Below are positions 63,505 to 64,000 of a DNA stretch of 64,000 bases, in pieces. Source of the stretch: Glaucostegus cemiculus (Eukaryota); contig CDPCPM010000107.1 of NCBI GenBank assembly GCA_976551045.1, forward strand, positions 3,162,001 to 3,226,000. The letters are read 5' to 3'. Position numbers and translations under genes: made by a program. Numbering within the stretch: the stretch's first letter is position 1; each line of letters starts with the position of its first letter. The notes beneath the pieces are model-generated. The model had not been told where the DNA came from. It did no database searches and worked only from the letters and a program-made list of their open reading frames with translations.

Positions 63505-64000
63505 ACAATGGCAGATGGCGCCACCCTGACCCTATACTCATCTCTGGAACATCTGGACAGTAAAGATTAGGCTATTGTTTATTGACTACAGCTTCACCAT
63601 CAATACTATAATTCCGAGCAAACTCATCTCCAAACACCTAGACCTGGGACTCAATACCTCCCTTTGCAGCTGGATCTTTGACTACCTGACCAACAGACCG
63701 CAATCAGTAAGGATAGGCAGCAACATCTCTGCCACGATTATCCTCAGCACTAGTGTCCCACAAGGCTGCTTCCTCAGCCTACTACTTTACTCCCTTAACA
63801 CTCACGACTGCATGGCCAGATTCTGTTCTAACTCCATCCACAAGTTTTCATATGACACCAAGTAGTGGGCCAAATCTCAAGTAATGATGAGTTGGAGCAC
63901 AGGAAGGAGATAGGGAGCCTAGTGGCAATGGCGTCAAGACAACAATCTATCACTTTGTGTTGCAAAACAAGATGGCTCATCATTGACTACAGGGAGGCAA
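63505..64000 (+). mobile_element. Rex1/Babar-clade LINE reverse transcriptase fragment (runs off the window)
   Basis: [17 protein letters not shown]...[19 protein letters not shown]...[19 protein letters not shown]...IHKFSYDT matches Rex1 RT (FIDYSSAFNTI...PQGCVLSPLLY...KFADDT). Catalytic residues are mutated. Confidence 0.9.

Noticed and set aside
159-63865. Most short ORFs in the six-frame track as independent genes
   Set aside because: They are short, often begin at non-ATG codons, have no recognisable domains, and are intronic or antisense/decayed transposon frames. Only the frames overlapping the two RALGAPA2 exons are host coding sequence.

Overview
This is AT-rich vertebrate genomic DNA. 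The repeat content (tRNA-derived V-SINEs; CR1, L2, RTE and Rex/Babar LINEs) points to a cartilaginous fish, probably a ray or shark (inference). The whole window lies inside one minus-strand gene, RALGAPA2 (Ral GTPase-activating protein alpha-2). Only two coding exons are present: 57652-57779 and 632-753. They are joined in frame across a 56,898-bp intron with clear minor-spliceosome (U12, GT-AG) signals. The rest is intronic: decayed transposons (CR1, L2, RTE, Rex/Babar, V-SINEs, a two-gene PIF/Harbinger fossil, a Helitron helicase fragment) alternating with repeat-free, motif-dense blocks that resemble conserved enhancers. Nearly all ORFs in the supplied track are spurious or transposon remnants. 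The most interesting observations are the giant U12 intron, one SINE body carrying two different LINE-derived 3' tails, an RTE copy flanked by ~115-bp direct repeats, and an RTE copy with 5'-inversion (twin-priming-like) geometry. I see no intact novel protein-coding system. Repeat family assignments come from remembered consensus motifs, not database searches, and their boundaries are approximate.
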